Shown in pieces: positions 44,601 to 52,200 of a stretch of 64,000 nt of DNA; positions within the stretch are counted from its first letter, which is position 1; every line of letters starts with the position of its first letter. Origin of the DNA: a virus. Its lineage: Duplodnaviria > Caudoviricetes. The DNA lies in IMG/VR virus record IMGVR_UViG_3300020438_003185, positions 322-64,321 of that record; one strand, given 5' to 3'. The notes beneath the pieces are model-generated. The model was not told where the DNA came from and ran no database searches. It saw nothing but the letters and a program-made list of their open reading frames with translations. The position numbers and the translations under genes were made by a program.

Positions 44601-46243
44601 TTTACATTATTGTAATAAACTTTGCCATTATGAGCTGAAGATTTCCAAACACTATTAACTTCTGGAAGTATACCATTGCTAAATTCGTTAGGAAGAATTT
44701 TAGAAGGATACAACTTTCTTTCAAGAGATAAGCCTTCTTTAATAGACTCGGCGTGTAGATTAAAATAATTTTCTGAGAGACGACCATTAATTGAACCGCT
44801 TGCTGCAATCTCTATATTTGAAATTCTAATAGAAGCGTTGGGCGTAAACTCAAACCCTTGACTCTGAGCAGATATTGGAGCGCCATCCAGAGCTAAGTAA
44901 TCATTGTTTCCTCCAATCAACTCGTTAATTTCACATTGATTTTCATATGCCTTTTTGTCAAATTCTACACTAAATGGGTCATGACTACAAGTAGCTTTGA
45001 AATCCATATTCAAAGTGTATCCACTATTTTCTTCAAATATAGGACATAGTTCATCCCAGTTATGCCTGTTCGCATTGTTGTATTCTGGCTCTGTTACATA
45101 TGTTGCAAAATTATATTTTTCGTTTTGTTGATCAAAGTCTCCATCGCCTGTCAATGTGATGTCTTTGTATTTTGCAATTAAATTACCGGAGGGATCTTCC
45201 CATCTAATGTTATGTATTTTAAATTCTGGAGCATCTTCTGATTCAAAAACCGCCATAGGAGCTGACGCTCTAATGAACAAAAAGTTTTCTATAGGTTTAA
45301 TTGCTGGCGGTGTTAATTCACACTTATATGTAAAGTCGCCATCAGAATAAATAGATGATGGTTGGATAAAAGTATTTTGTTCGTCGTTTATCCTAATGCT
45401 TGTTTTATTATTTTTAGTATAATTGCCTGTAAATAATCCCTCATCAACACTCTTGTATAGACCACTAGGAGACAAATTTTTATCAACAAAGCCAACATTA
45501 TTTTTAAACGTCACTATGTCTCGTATAGGATAGAATTTTTGAGTAGCTGTAAAATTTTCTAACTTATTAATCTGATCAGTATGTCCACCTATTTTATCTG
45601 TATATGTATTATTTACTTTAGTTTTTATCTTTATATTTGCAAACAAAGATATTGGCACAGGCATACAATAATTTTCTGTACATAATTTCCAGAATCTTAT
45701 ACCGCCATTTTTAATCCTTACTGTGGACTTACTGCTTTCTACAATACCACCTGTTTCTACAGCGCCAAAGTTAGCAACAACGGTTGGCTGTGAAGCTATG
45801 TATCCTTGACCTTCCCAAGATATGAATGCAGGCACAGCAGTGCTATTACTAAGATTCGAGCCGCCAAGACCTGCTAATAAACCACCAATTATGCTGCTGC
45901 CAATAATTCTTGAAGTTGTAGCTTCTGTATCATTTATACTAAGCTTACCTTTGGATTTAAAACTAATACCATTTACAGCGTTGACAGGCTCTAAATGTGA
46001 AGATCCAAAATTATTGTTTGACTGTTGGTTATTAACAGAATTGGAAAACCCAACATTAACAAGAACAGACATCAAAGATCTTATCTTTGATTTAGATTTT
46101 AAGTCAGACTTATGCCTGAACTCAAGAGTGGCATTGGAGGCGGTCGCTTCTTTAGTGTTTCTAACGTGACCTATGTTTAACCCAACTTGCAGTTTGCTAG
46201 AACCTCTGCTAACACTTCGTTGAGTACTTACGAAACATTCCAT
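32672..46243 (-). CDS. Giant virion adhesin-like protein (LamG-like domains, 7 FG-GAP-type repeats, inserted alpha/beta domains)
   Basis: 4523 aa open frame; LamG motifs WTIEFF/WHHVAIS/LDDIRVT; seven FG.SV....L.VG(A/S)P...G.V repeats. Confidence 0.8.
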   Translation of the reverse strand: MECFVSTQRSVSRGSSKLQVGLNIGHVRNTKEATASNATLEFRHKSDLKSKSKIRSLMSVLVNVGFSNSVNNQQSNNNFGSSHLEPVNAVNGISFKSKGKLSINDTEATTSRIIGSSIIGGLLAGLGGSNLSNSTAVPAFISWEGQGYIASQPTVVANFGAVETGGIVESSKSTVRIKNGGIRFWKLCTENYCMPVPISLFANIKIKTKVNNTYTDKIGGHTDQINKLENFTATQKFYPIRDIVTFKNNVGFVDKNLSPSGLYKSVDEGLFTGNYTKNNKTSIRINDEQNTFIQPSSIYSDGDFTYKCELTPPAIKPIENFLFIRASAPMAVFESEDAPEFKIHNIRWEDPSGNLIAKYKDITLTGDGDFDQQNEKYNFATYVTEPEYNNANRHNWDELCPIFEENSGYTLNMDFKATCSHDPFSVEFDKKAYENQCEINELIGGNNDYLALDGAPISAQSQGFEFTPNASIRISNIEIAASGSINGRLSENYFNLHAESIKEGLSLERKLYPSKILPNEFSNGILPEVNSVWKSSAHNGKVYYNNVKEDLEQLSKSLNDFVSFRSIELISTSPIADSGKLQIVYSHQPSTRVVQKSGGAFSIGKLRLDSNLDLAKSSVEKVEQEFYTIESIELKVLAKKSSTSTRDFTLDVVGYCDDGLFNVTSAVDGFLQNSTTGVGTIPVSSGFDNSNYLARSSEAISSRDEYFENRLVANNPGGDHHLITASVLKIGEDENGDEVRTPSMVDSTEYSQYIVPLQISPKLNELGTPDTYNISPFFEALHLDIYPLPVGAVIAKAELIIKYRPSAAMQLHTFGHGGIEISRRSNGLFAAAMGEYDHKLNAVVGSKPLSLIENIPHGFKTPDTIKTNYSKRWRGVDGVSRSGPFDPPAFDESFYNPQLEKPFINGYYTFRNTEDNTIYPDDSSTTNSGIFNGLLSNNIINSVGFRFRTDHLFSSQERSYTTIDWTSSGHELHGKITDSFENALRVKQSNANVNFGNIECSGGFSLFTRFSPDVDVSGADYNLFNNGVILSKWDSGKDLELAIGYKDGHIVGYARDINGNNIEVKDTLTYTDYQYPVPVLLTYNDNDSKRLRLYTDNEIINSGSFDILRSSSQPFTMASGDSDLILGHSYGSGIGMNAFVTDVGVSEDITYGSILVNGDVADASKQQTTAERFFDSFRSKFWNDGESYKNDRYKLWDFVDEDSNKWHIGAFKYCEFGPDYDTLTRKIGNDYIVHNFKTDGGSYEDNTQLALPNDIVTSGLAYHTQLENDMFRMHLSDTSDKMLSVAPRISKALPNGYNFAKDAIAVDTVVEHETTNDITWPDGKVGPRLIVSLYTKTKETDLFDSENWGLLNRDIHYIGPRDCWQKIISEFTIDSYRDTETEPWANFDRQQILKQRGHYLSSKDMNDMFVQYDLAYPSGSYDSKIRIHSSHVRLENALHLKDVTYIDDFNLHVTSEAISFGQMNLSVSEKGIIDTPSSGLSLHTAGLPWTKIDSSGVGYFGPPLYTSATYSTDFHDYDLPDPHLGLYFHSVTGIKVEPPEQFNLHTIGIMSWFGNSSSNNGGFFGAPQQQDNAIFNSDPVLFGSSEVETDDLGSYVNLLLDFEDANAGSRDLSGKNNGSSNMTRGGFAAAAGLTYLKKLPTSDLYRNFGTRSLRVFDQTAATIGEAQTRYGANFKTLALDPKLWTSKWTIEFFLRIPDPSSLVSKPAPNTNWFTSAIFGRNYNTFGAAGAALYSSDQKSSSRERWYTLRDQQSYSTGYRADNIGFNTIETGMSFSINYNATDSSNLNAIEFTGPYVPSHTHSFTFDYFSTFPEAPLRTDDDFSNNYLEETCRAHRIVSPIVVDYDKWHHVAISATEDKVYIILDGAIVGEGTYFGWPDIESLVEPDYLLSQALERNYSTIYPEFKICPDMRTGSYNNDDPSDPDYSIYLDDIRVTLGASRSSFVDGILQTVVPTPPEGVFPIEYSLPDPSVNATTSTTIPPPPPPTFYKDTGCTLFLLNKDRFYHDHSESELDFFLRGIDSTGNESNQLNQDCNLYLFGGGSRYASTGSIGPSQRRTKSKKEKFNLYVEIDRIETEYGGEIVDATFNLYVNAYDPSIVTSSGQMSLHTLNVGQLGWENYLQTFNWNDQNTGSEIVLADNDLLSLEADDEIRGVITMCHSSCDNNKGCDEPDIITHDTLWYSQDCVNGGVIRPKRVYNNPNVTAFNTISSGYDNNYYGVRKYTNLIPGGPYSLFITAKTGDDGVLDVPREISEWGYGTNDEVDYSGIKIVPPDPDRALNDKFGYSVDVVDDLMAVGVPNYDLVEHDGSLVPNAGSVFIYRRNPAPTGNDWTDQPDQSSWSFESHLSLPSGYLVDSYREEPIEIKYREPGGRFDTVLGTGYQRFWSVGQKGRELGHSVSISKHNGKEIVVAGAPGAKWNRTFETAEPEPVNIVLFVFTDEFIPCSPFPRSFSGRNRSTIPDDLLPVIEKKDLMFRYFSDPPIRFNVEIIICEGVLGTNIPAGPDWSEAQLEDPDFIFKKQVHRVYGSTPSEIERTNEQLFTDLKEIYNERYYQDSSKQNSNQPAIVGFFVDTSLSYGTRAVGSTNNTSIEGDGGLERFMSWVSQEAYDNGLVNHLNQPARPSIVTSIGGNDGRDDTTDSDDDGGRFENKEVWFSQAISLLDSTLNINRLIETLDFKLFAGSNFGTFNPSTPGFNIAPPSGGAVFVFEKFDDGWKTIQRIDSPTTSSAVAVDRFGHDVAISEDGSALVIGSPYMSSQVRVYEQSYGYGSFNYFYDYFGNWVQRVGISDVLELREAKTSYLFKKRTAINATGRRQAAVEVYDNLSPSGQYTYRLAYNDVYTGYSLSTEINDSQINPNHSWNWLTSKYMPNPRLGYSVDLNEDGTLLAIGSPTDSIGATDAGLLWYKPGRMASDPQQWFSNVNAGAVRVLQARKYFEHDKVMQFGAWGNLHRSIEKSKYLLTDKDLTIEDADNHLDRYYDELFKATYGSERYVESGFEDPEIPPEVGLLFIITPEIDRLSKEYIDNIQNWLGLGDRHLVLVGDDPVFETDQYGRSGAYFNSNSIINRLLTNLDSRMRLYPAASRYESMVDQDTGIYYNNIPSFVPSNTTYTYVSGGNMRGSGVADIRLYDENIYRSYSCSKPKVDNILQGLDELASLIAAGKQQGYFELNNRCNHVIKHEGDLRAEWSDQCFDCRNNKVNFKVNLALVYGTHNLPETYNCGCCDDAIPCPEYPKKNYEPIPILAAAEKKIITKVIPATGPRYRQVKYISGYETVVDFPEFDDNNVHTEIEFGITHDSGNYTYLNYNEFGTESNSLFFDKDNPILEQNNKNALFMARSEILEETEDYNVEVQDTFPICVEEQLLNTTAKIVVMTTTEFESSRSLSSGGDTNVIFYMNLLDKTSNGNTRVAQLGGWTERTSFVDGYDESRLASTFQWVLNYEVFENVQMSQINQVASQFDVLWIANTDNIPSDQEAAQLKLWLNGAENRKIVITVGPRMSRDINENWDNSLGEEIFSRVAKLQTTLSKLGSNIRPLYLDSKHKYATLEDTGLPSLPLQSIPRGTGSRIDGLVINRFNTNFIEGKRGELSKLNSVSDVFVQKYLAVCFENNFAVNTLLYYDAKIVDKRTADTGTPFMRTGTARIDFPVEPEQTYRMFTTFSSERRSEERVLGVYVSNVNGAANIITTPLNNEMSELRDPLVYGGDSYITIDSKYSIGESQYRQGPQEEASTIDVWPIGNYGGINYTHHFDFTVPSGASGISVYIQGDNYGVETIDPESIFTQRLIGISGVKIGTITKTQQRPIYSTRTELVSEGTPASISTREVIQEISSDSSKYCPTDFCRSEEGFGTPGPELADGPVTAAQEIYYQRPFLTGAEKSRITVISDASLIQGSNVRLPDRENWINGDVISFLRSLYPADYRSEESDVYYEDEYGGTLRYESMLKIVSPEKTSPAKLMSSEINSGFNNLFGGYTQNSIKDPSRFGNDEASLTYPGRPWLAPLEPARANAPSYQTFKSPMPPIDDVAIENARLGRISAFSGDMVSMGTWCRFKVDIDGVTYEDNGYGEGRNSLMKTFGYDFLDFHEMQPHMSGYPGDLFGYKVKIHKGEVYVSAPFAAFSGQNITSWDEVVNNSPNTPLLNADLGSNGGAGSVYKFTRDYNQTNVTNLSVQTAWSCTRKFRPDTLNAGDQFGMSFDVDGDVLVISAPSHDGTANIVKTADVGASGEFVRKEFNDQFDITQIDKNDFAIGGSGNQGAVYTYENKISDWGSKRQDWVYIQKLIPQGYNSVNENDFFGRSIALDRNARSDQDYTLVVGSPSHSYGSGISSQILSSGGAVYNYDAMLRRQAPSFSHPDTNLAGRIFGSMNVQDHEKYLLFDFKNGTKTNNNLYQGGIVYANEKGEIFVEASGQDSNPKGYVSHRPFIEQIHGAYYFGTFLAGYNRLFISGKPPSTSSSMNLIKPSGIGNVYNDIELRLNTFGVLGIADNSGDDIFNLSISGSVMESINNSGDPLNMHVETSASGVDEMILHTKGHFQV

Positions 46244-46248
46244 ATTTA

Positions 46249-49200
46249 TTATCCCATCTTACTATCAGTTTGTCTTGGACTTCCATCAGGATTACGAGAT
46301 GTCTTGCTTAATTCTTCGACAACCTTCTGTTTGACGACATTTCCCATAAGGTTTTCTAAACGAGCTAGTATGCCACCGTCATTTATATTTACACTTACAT
46401 TAGTATTATCTAAAGTAATTTTTATTGAAGTATTTTCTAGTCTATCTATATTGGCAGATAAATCAGTGTTAAACTTACTAAGAGCAGAACTAAACCTTTC
46501 CATAACTTCTGGGTCTAATCCAGCTCCAGAAGCTACACCAGCTTGAGCTTCTGCTGCTCGTTGAGTTGGAGCAGCTACAGATGTACTAGTTGATGGACTT
46601 TTAGATTGTTGTTCTTTAACTTCTTTGGTTTCTTTAGCAACTTCCTTAGTAGCTTCAGCAGCTTGTTTTTGAGACTCAGCTTGGCTTTCTGTTGCACTGG
46701 TAGCTTCTGGCGTAGACGCTGCTTGATCTTTCTCGGCCTGTCTGATTGCTAATTGTTCTTTAACGCCCTTGTCAAAGTCACTTGATTCACCACTACCATA
46801 GAAGTAGCTCTCTCTATTTCTTGTGTCTTGTCTACCCTTAATGTCTGTATCAATCATTTGCTGTTCTTGCTCTTTAACATCTTTCATGCTAGCATCTTTG
46901 CCATAAGTATTGGTAAAGTCTTCTTCTGACATGCCAGTACTACTTAAGAATTTAGAACGATCTCCTCCAGCTGCATTCGCCTCATTCCTTCTGAAAAGCA
47001 TATTAGCTCTTTGGTTAGCTGCTGACTTATCTAATGCTCCTAACTTCTCAAAACTTTCTGTTCCACCCTCTAATCCAACAGCCGCTGCACGTTTATTAGA
47101 TGTTTCGCTCATGCTTGCAGAAGTTCTCTCTTCTGCTGCTGCAACGTCTAGCGAAGATTTTACAAGAGTTACCAAATCCCCAGCACCACCAACTATATTA
47201 TAGAAACCTTCTACAATTTTTCCTACAGGATTTAAGAATCCTTCTAGACCACCAAGAACTGTGGCAAGAGCAGCATCAAACTGAGTGCCAGTTTTTAAGA
47301 ATCCTACTCCCCAACTGTCCATCATACCGCCAAAGTCTCTTCCGGTCTTTTCCTTTTTATCTTCATGGTAAGCTTTAGGATCAGATATAAAGGAACCCGC
47401 TTCCATAATTCCATCAAGAGCAGTTCCAAGTCCCGGTATACCCTTGGCTCCACTAGAAGCCATCTTTCCAAGCATCGGAAGTTTTGACAGACTCTTCATA
47501 ATTGATGGACCAATTTTATCTAATCCGGGGATCTTCATCTTACTAAGATTACCCATTTTTGATCCCACGAATTCTGTTCCTTGTTGGAGCATTTTCTTTC
47601 CACTTTGTAGCATACCCGGAGCATTCTTTTGTAAATACTGTGATGAAGCATTCATCATTTGCGGAGCAGTATTTTGGAAGAAATTTTTACCCGCGCCAAT
47701 GGCATTGCGACCCTTTTGCATCAAGCCGGGAGCATTCTTTTCTGCCATTTCCATCAAGCCGCCACCCATATTGCCTGCCATATTTCTTGCACCACCTAAG
47801 AAATTAGATCCTTTCTGATAAAGATTAGAACCAAATTGAGCTGCTTTTTGTCCGAATTGACTTTGACCAACTTTTCTCATAGTTTGACCAGCAAAATTAC
47901 TGGCTCTATTCACAACCCCCGGTTTTCCACTACGAGACATACCTTCAAGACCATAGCCATGTTTACCAACTCCAAATGAAGTCGCCATGTCACCAAAGAA
48001 ACTACCAGCTTTATTCTTGCCAGCATTCAATAAATTTTGACCCCTTTTCATCATGCTAGGAGCAAAGTCATCTCCGTAAGAAGCTTGATTTAATCTTTCA
48101 AACATTCCTCCAGCTTTCTGCATAATACCAGCTGGTCTAGGAACATTGTCCACACCTCCCATAACACTTCTAGTTAAAGATCTACCAGCAGTAAAGTTTT
48201 TGCCTATTCCTGTTTGACCAATTCTTGAGCCAACTCTAGAAAGTATCTCTCCACCTTCTGTTCCTATCCTTGAAGCAAGGTTTCCAGCACCTCCACTTTG
48301 CACAAAGTTTTTGCCCATACCAATAGCATTCTTAGCCATGTTGCCAGCGTTTGCTACAGCGCCACCGCCCATGCCAAATATGCCCTTGATTGCACCTATG
48401 ATGCCACCACCGCCTGCACCACCCGCACCACCCGCACCGTCTTTAGCACCTGTACTAGCTGCGTCACCACTTTCAGAAACTTTATCAGTATTAATATTAG
48501 CAACTTTAGTATTAACTTCAGCAGTATTTTTAGCTTCTTCTCCTGCATTCATAGCTTCCTTAGTACGTAGTACCGCAGCGTCATATTGCTTTTGAGCTGC
48601 ATCTTCTTGTTTCTGAGCTATCTCAAGGTCTCTTGCCGCAGCATCAACCATAGCCTTGCCTAAGTCTGGTAGTACTCCCGCCAACTCTCTAATCTCAGAT
48701 TCTTTAGCAGCTTCTTCATTTGTTGATCCCGCAGCAATCTTAGCTAGATCAGGAGCATCGACTCCCATAGCTCCAAAAGATGCACCAAAGGATCTTTCAG
48801 TTAAGCCATCGGGACCGCTAAGTTTTTGACCATACAAACTATCTACGCCAGATTCTTGAAGCCTTCTGTTTTCTTGAGCCGCCATACCTAAAGCTTGAGG
48901 GCCGAACTGGTTCATTAAGCTCTTATCACCAGTAGCAATAGCGGCTTGAGCGCCAGCAGTACCCATCTTATCAAAGAACGCCTCATCATCTCCAGCAATC
49001 AAAGCGTCAGCAGCGGCCTTTTCGTTAGCATTCTTCTCTTTAATAATTGAAAGTTCTTGTTTTCTAATATCAATAGCGGCTTTAATACTGTTGTATTCTT
49101 CTTTTAGGGCCGAATCTATTCTGCCCAGCTCGTCACTCATCTCTACGCCAGATTTACCCCGTGCCTGTTCATTGCTCTTACCTTCAGCAAGATCAGTTCT

Positions 49201-52200
49201 AACGCTAGAAATTTCTGCCCTACGATTAGATAGTTGATCAATTCTACTCTTGAAGTCACCCGCCCCAATACCACTTTGAGAGCCGACACCCTTAATGCCT
49301 TCAACTCCCACATTAGATCTCTTTAACAATTGTTGTTGTTGAACTTCTGGTGTAAATGACGCACCACCAAACTCAGATTGTATTTTTAAAGCTTCTGTTT
49401 CTAAATCAATAGATCTTTGTTTTGTTTCAATTAATTTCTTCTCTAAATCAAGTCTTGCTTTAGTAAAGGTTAGTAATTTCTTTTGTGCTTCAGCCTGAGC
49501 CTTAAGTGCTGGCAACACTTGTTTCATAGCATTGTCGCCCACCTTTTGGATAACTTCTTCAAAAGCAGAGAAGTCGCCTTCAGACACACGTTTCATTTGG
49601 TCGTCACTTATATCGCTACCTTCAATTTGTTTCTTCAGACGTTCTACAGATTTCTCGTCAACCCCTTGCTTTGTAAGTGCATCACCTGTCGCGTTTGCAA
49701 ATGCCGATCTACGCTCGCCCATCGTTCCAGCGGCTTGTCTTCCTGACTTAAACGCTTCCTTCATAGATTTTTTAGTAGCCTCAAATATAGCAGGCATATT
49801 TGCCTGTGCAGCATTTACAGCTGTTAAATTTCCTCTAAATTTATCTATCTGTTCACTATTAGCTCCTAAGTTTTCAAGAGTTTTACTGGCATTGTCTAGA
49901 GAAGAATTGAATTGATCTGGTGATATACCTTGAGCAGCAGAAGTAATACTAGCTTCTAGTGTTGGAATAGTACTATCTAAAGTATTACTACCAAGCTCTT
50001 GGCTTCTGGTATAATTGTCAATAGCAAGAACACCAGCATTAGCAGCAGCTGTAGCAGATTGCATCGCAAGGTTCATAGCAGCAAATGATTCTCGTACTCT
50101 GTCTGCTTCTTTTTTAAGATTTTCAAAAGCCTCCATTTGTATAGAGTCTTTAGTCATCTCGCCGGTTTCAGGGTCTTCTCGTTTATCAAACTGTCCTTGA
50201 CGCTCCATAGCCTCTCGTGTATCTTTAGACAAGCTATTTTTATACTGCTCAAAAGAACCATTAGTATTAGCAGTTTGCCTCATCACGTTGTCAGTAAGAG
50301 GCTGTGAGCTTCTAAGGAAATCTTTGTCCACCTTGTCTTGATCTGCTTTAATTGCTTCCTGATCTTTTGACAGTCTTTCGTTTCTTTGCCCGCCGGACTC
50401 CATACCCATCATACCAGCAACGCCAAATGTAGCAACGCGAGCAAAGCCTCTTCCAAATCCACTTACAGGTCCAGACTTATCATTCTCTTCTATACTTTTT
50501 ACTCTGGCTGAAGACCTATCTGCACTTGCTTGCACTGTTGCTGCGTCTGGGTCAAGTCTTTTCATTGCATCTATAGCTGAAAGATTACCCTCTTTAAATT
50601 GTCGCATAGCTGCGGTAGCTTCTTTATTTGCATTAGTCAAAGCTTCTTGTGTTTTTACAGCCTGCGCCCTAGCTCCAGCTTCTAGTTTAATCGTAGTAAT
50701 ACTCTTACCACCCATCCAGTAACCTAGACTCATAGCGGTGGTTTTAATCATAGGTCCAAGAATAGGAAGCTCACTTCCCAATTTAATTGCAGCTGCCGTT
50801 AACCCAGCGAATATAGGGCCAATGCCGGGAATGAATGAGCCTATAGCAGCAAAACCAATAGCTAGCTTATTAACAGCAGAAGCACCTTCTTTTTCAAAGG
50901 CTATAGATTCTGCCGCAGCAGCATTACCGTCTTTAATTGCGTTGTCAAGCTTTGTAGCCCTATCAGTTAAACTGTCTATAACAGCGGTCAAGGCAAAAAT
51001 TGAACCAGTAGCTACAATAGCAGGACCAGCCATGCTAGCAACAGCTCTAGTTGCAACAACTACACCCTCTGCATTTGCTGCGCCCAGACCAGCTTTTGTA
51101 CCAACAGCGCGAGCAGCAGTTCCAGCGCGATTAACAAGTTTACCACCACCGCCAAGAAACTTACCCATATCTTTAAGATTTAATCCCTTAAACATATCAG
51201 CAATAATATTGCCCTTCATCTGGGTTTGTAGCAAGGAGAATGTGCCTGATAGTGCTAGAGATACGTTTGCTAATTGAGAGAAAGAGCTAATCATGTTAGC
51301 GCCAAATCGTTCAAGCGAAGAACTGTTCTCATCAATAACGGGAGTCATGAAGCTCAGAGCCATACTTGTGGCAATCAAGCCTTCGTTCATAGCACCAAAA
51401 CCAACAAGACCTTTCTTCCTAACATCAGTATTGTCTTTAACGGTCTTGGTTCCCTCATTAACCGCCTCATTCCAAGATTCAATACTTGTTGTTATCTGAG
51501 TAGAAGCCCCGCTAGGACCACTACTGACAGCTCCAGAGAAAGTAGCGGGTTTGCTAGCAGTTTTAGGTCCGTAAGTATTTCTGCGAGAAGTAACAATACC
51601 ACCAGCAGCATACTTGCCAACCTTATTCATTTGATTAAGATTGTCATAGCCAATACTTTGTGAAGTTTTCTTGTTTACTACAAACTCGCCGGGAGTCAGC
51701 ATTGCGGGAACTGTATCTGTTCCAGTGGCAGCACCTCCAGAAGCAAACTTTTGGAAAGTATATCCCGATTGATCGTTGGCATTAATATCATTTACTATTT
51801 TTTTAACAATACTTGCTATAGACTTTGGTGTATTACTTCTTTTTGCATCTGCTTTTAACATTCCACTAAAAGCAGAAGAATCAGACGCAAACATCTTGGA
51901 TAAACCTTCTTTCTTAGCCATCAAGTCGCCCTTGAAATCCCATCTGGATTTATCCCCTTGGAGTTTAGCTCCAGTAATTGCGTCAATAATACCTTCAAAT
52001 ACAAAACCACTAGTAGTAGCTAATGCGTTAGCGTCTTGAGAAATTCGATCAGCAGCAGCTTTAAGCATACCATCATTCAAATCAAATTCTGGTCTAACGT
52101 TATCAAGAGTTTTATTAACATCTATGGCGGCAGCATTAGTGGCTGATTTTAACGCTACGCTAGTTTGTTCATTCACCATACTAGCAACGCTTGAATTAAT

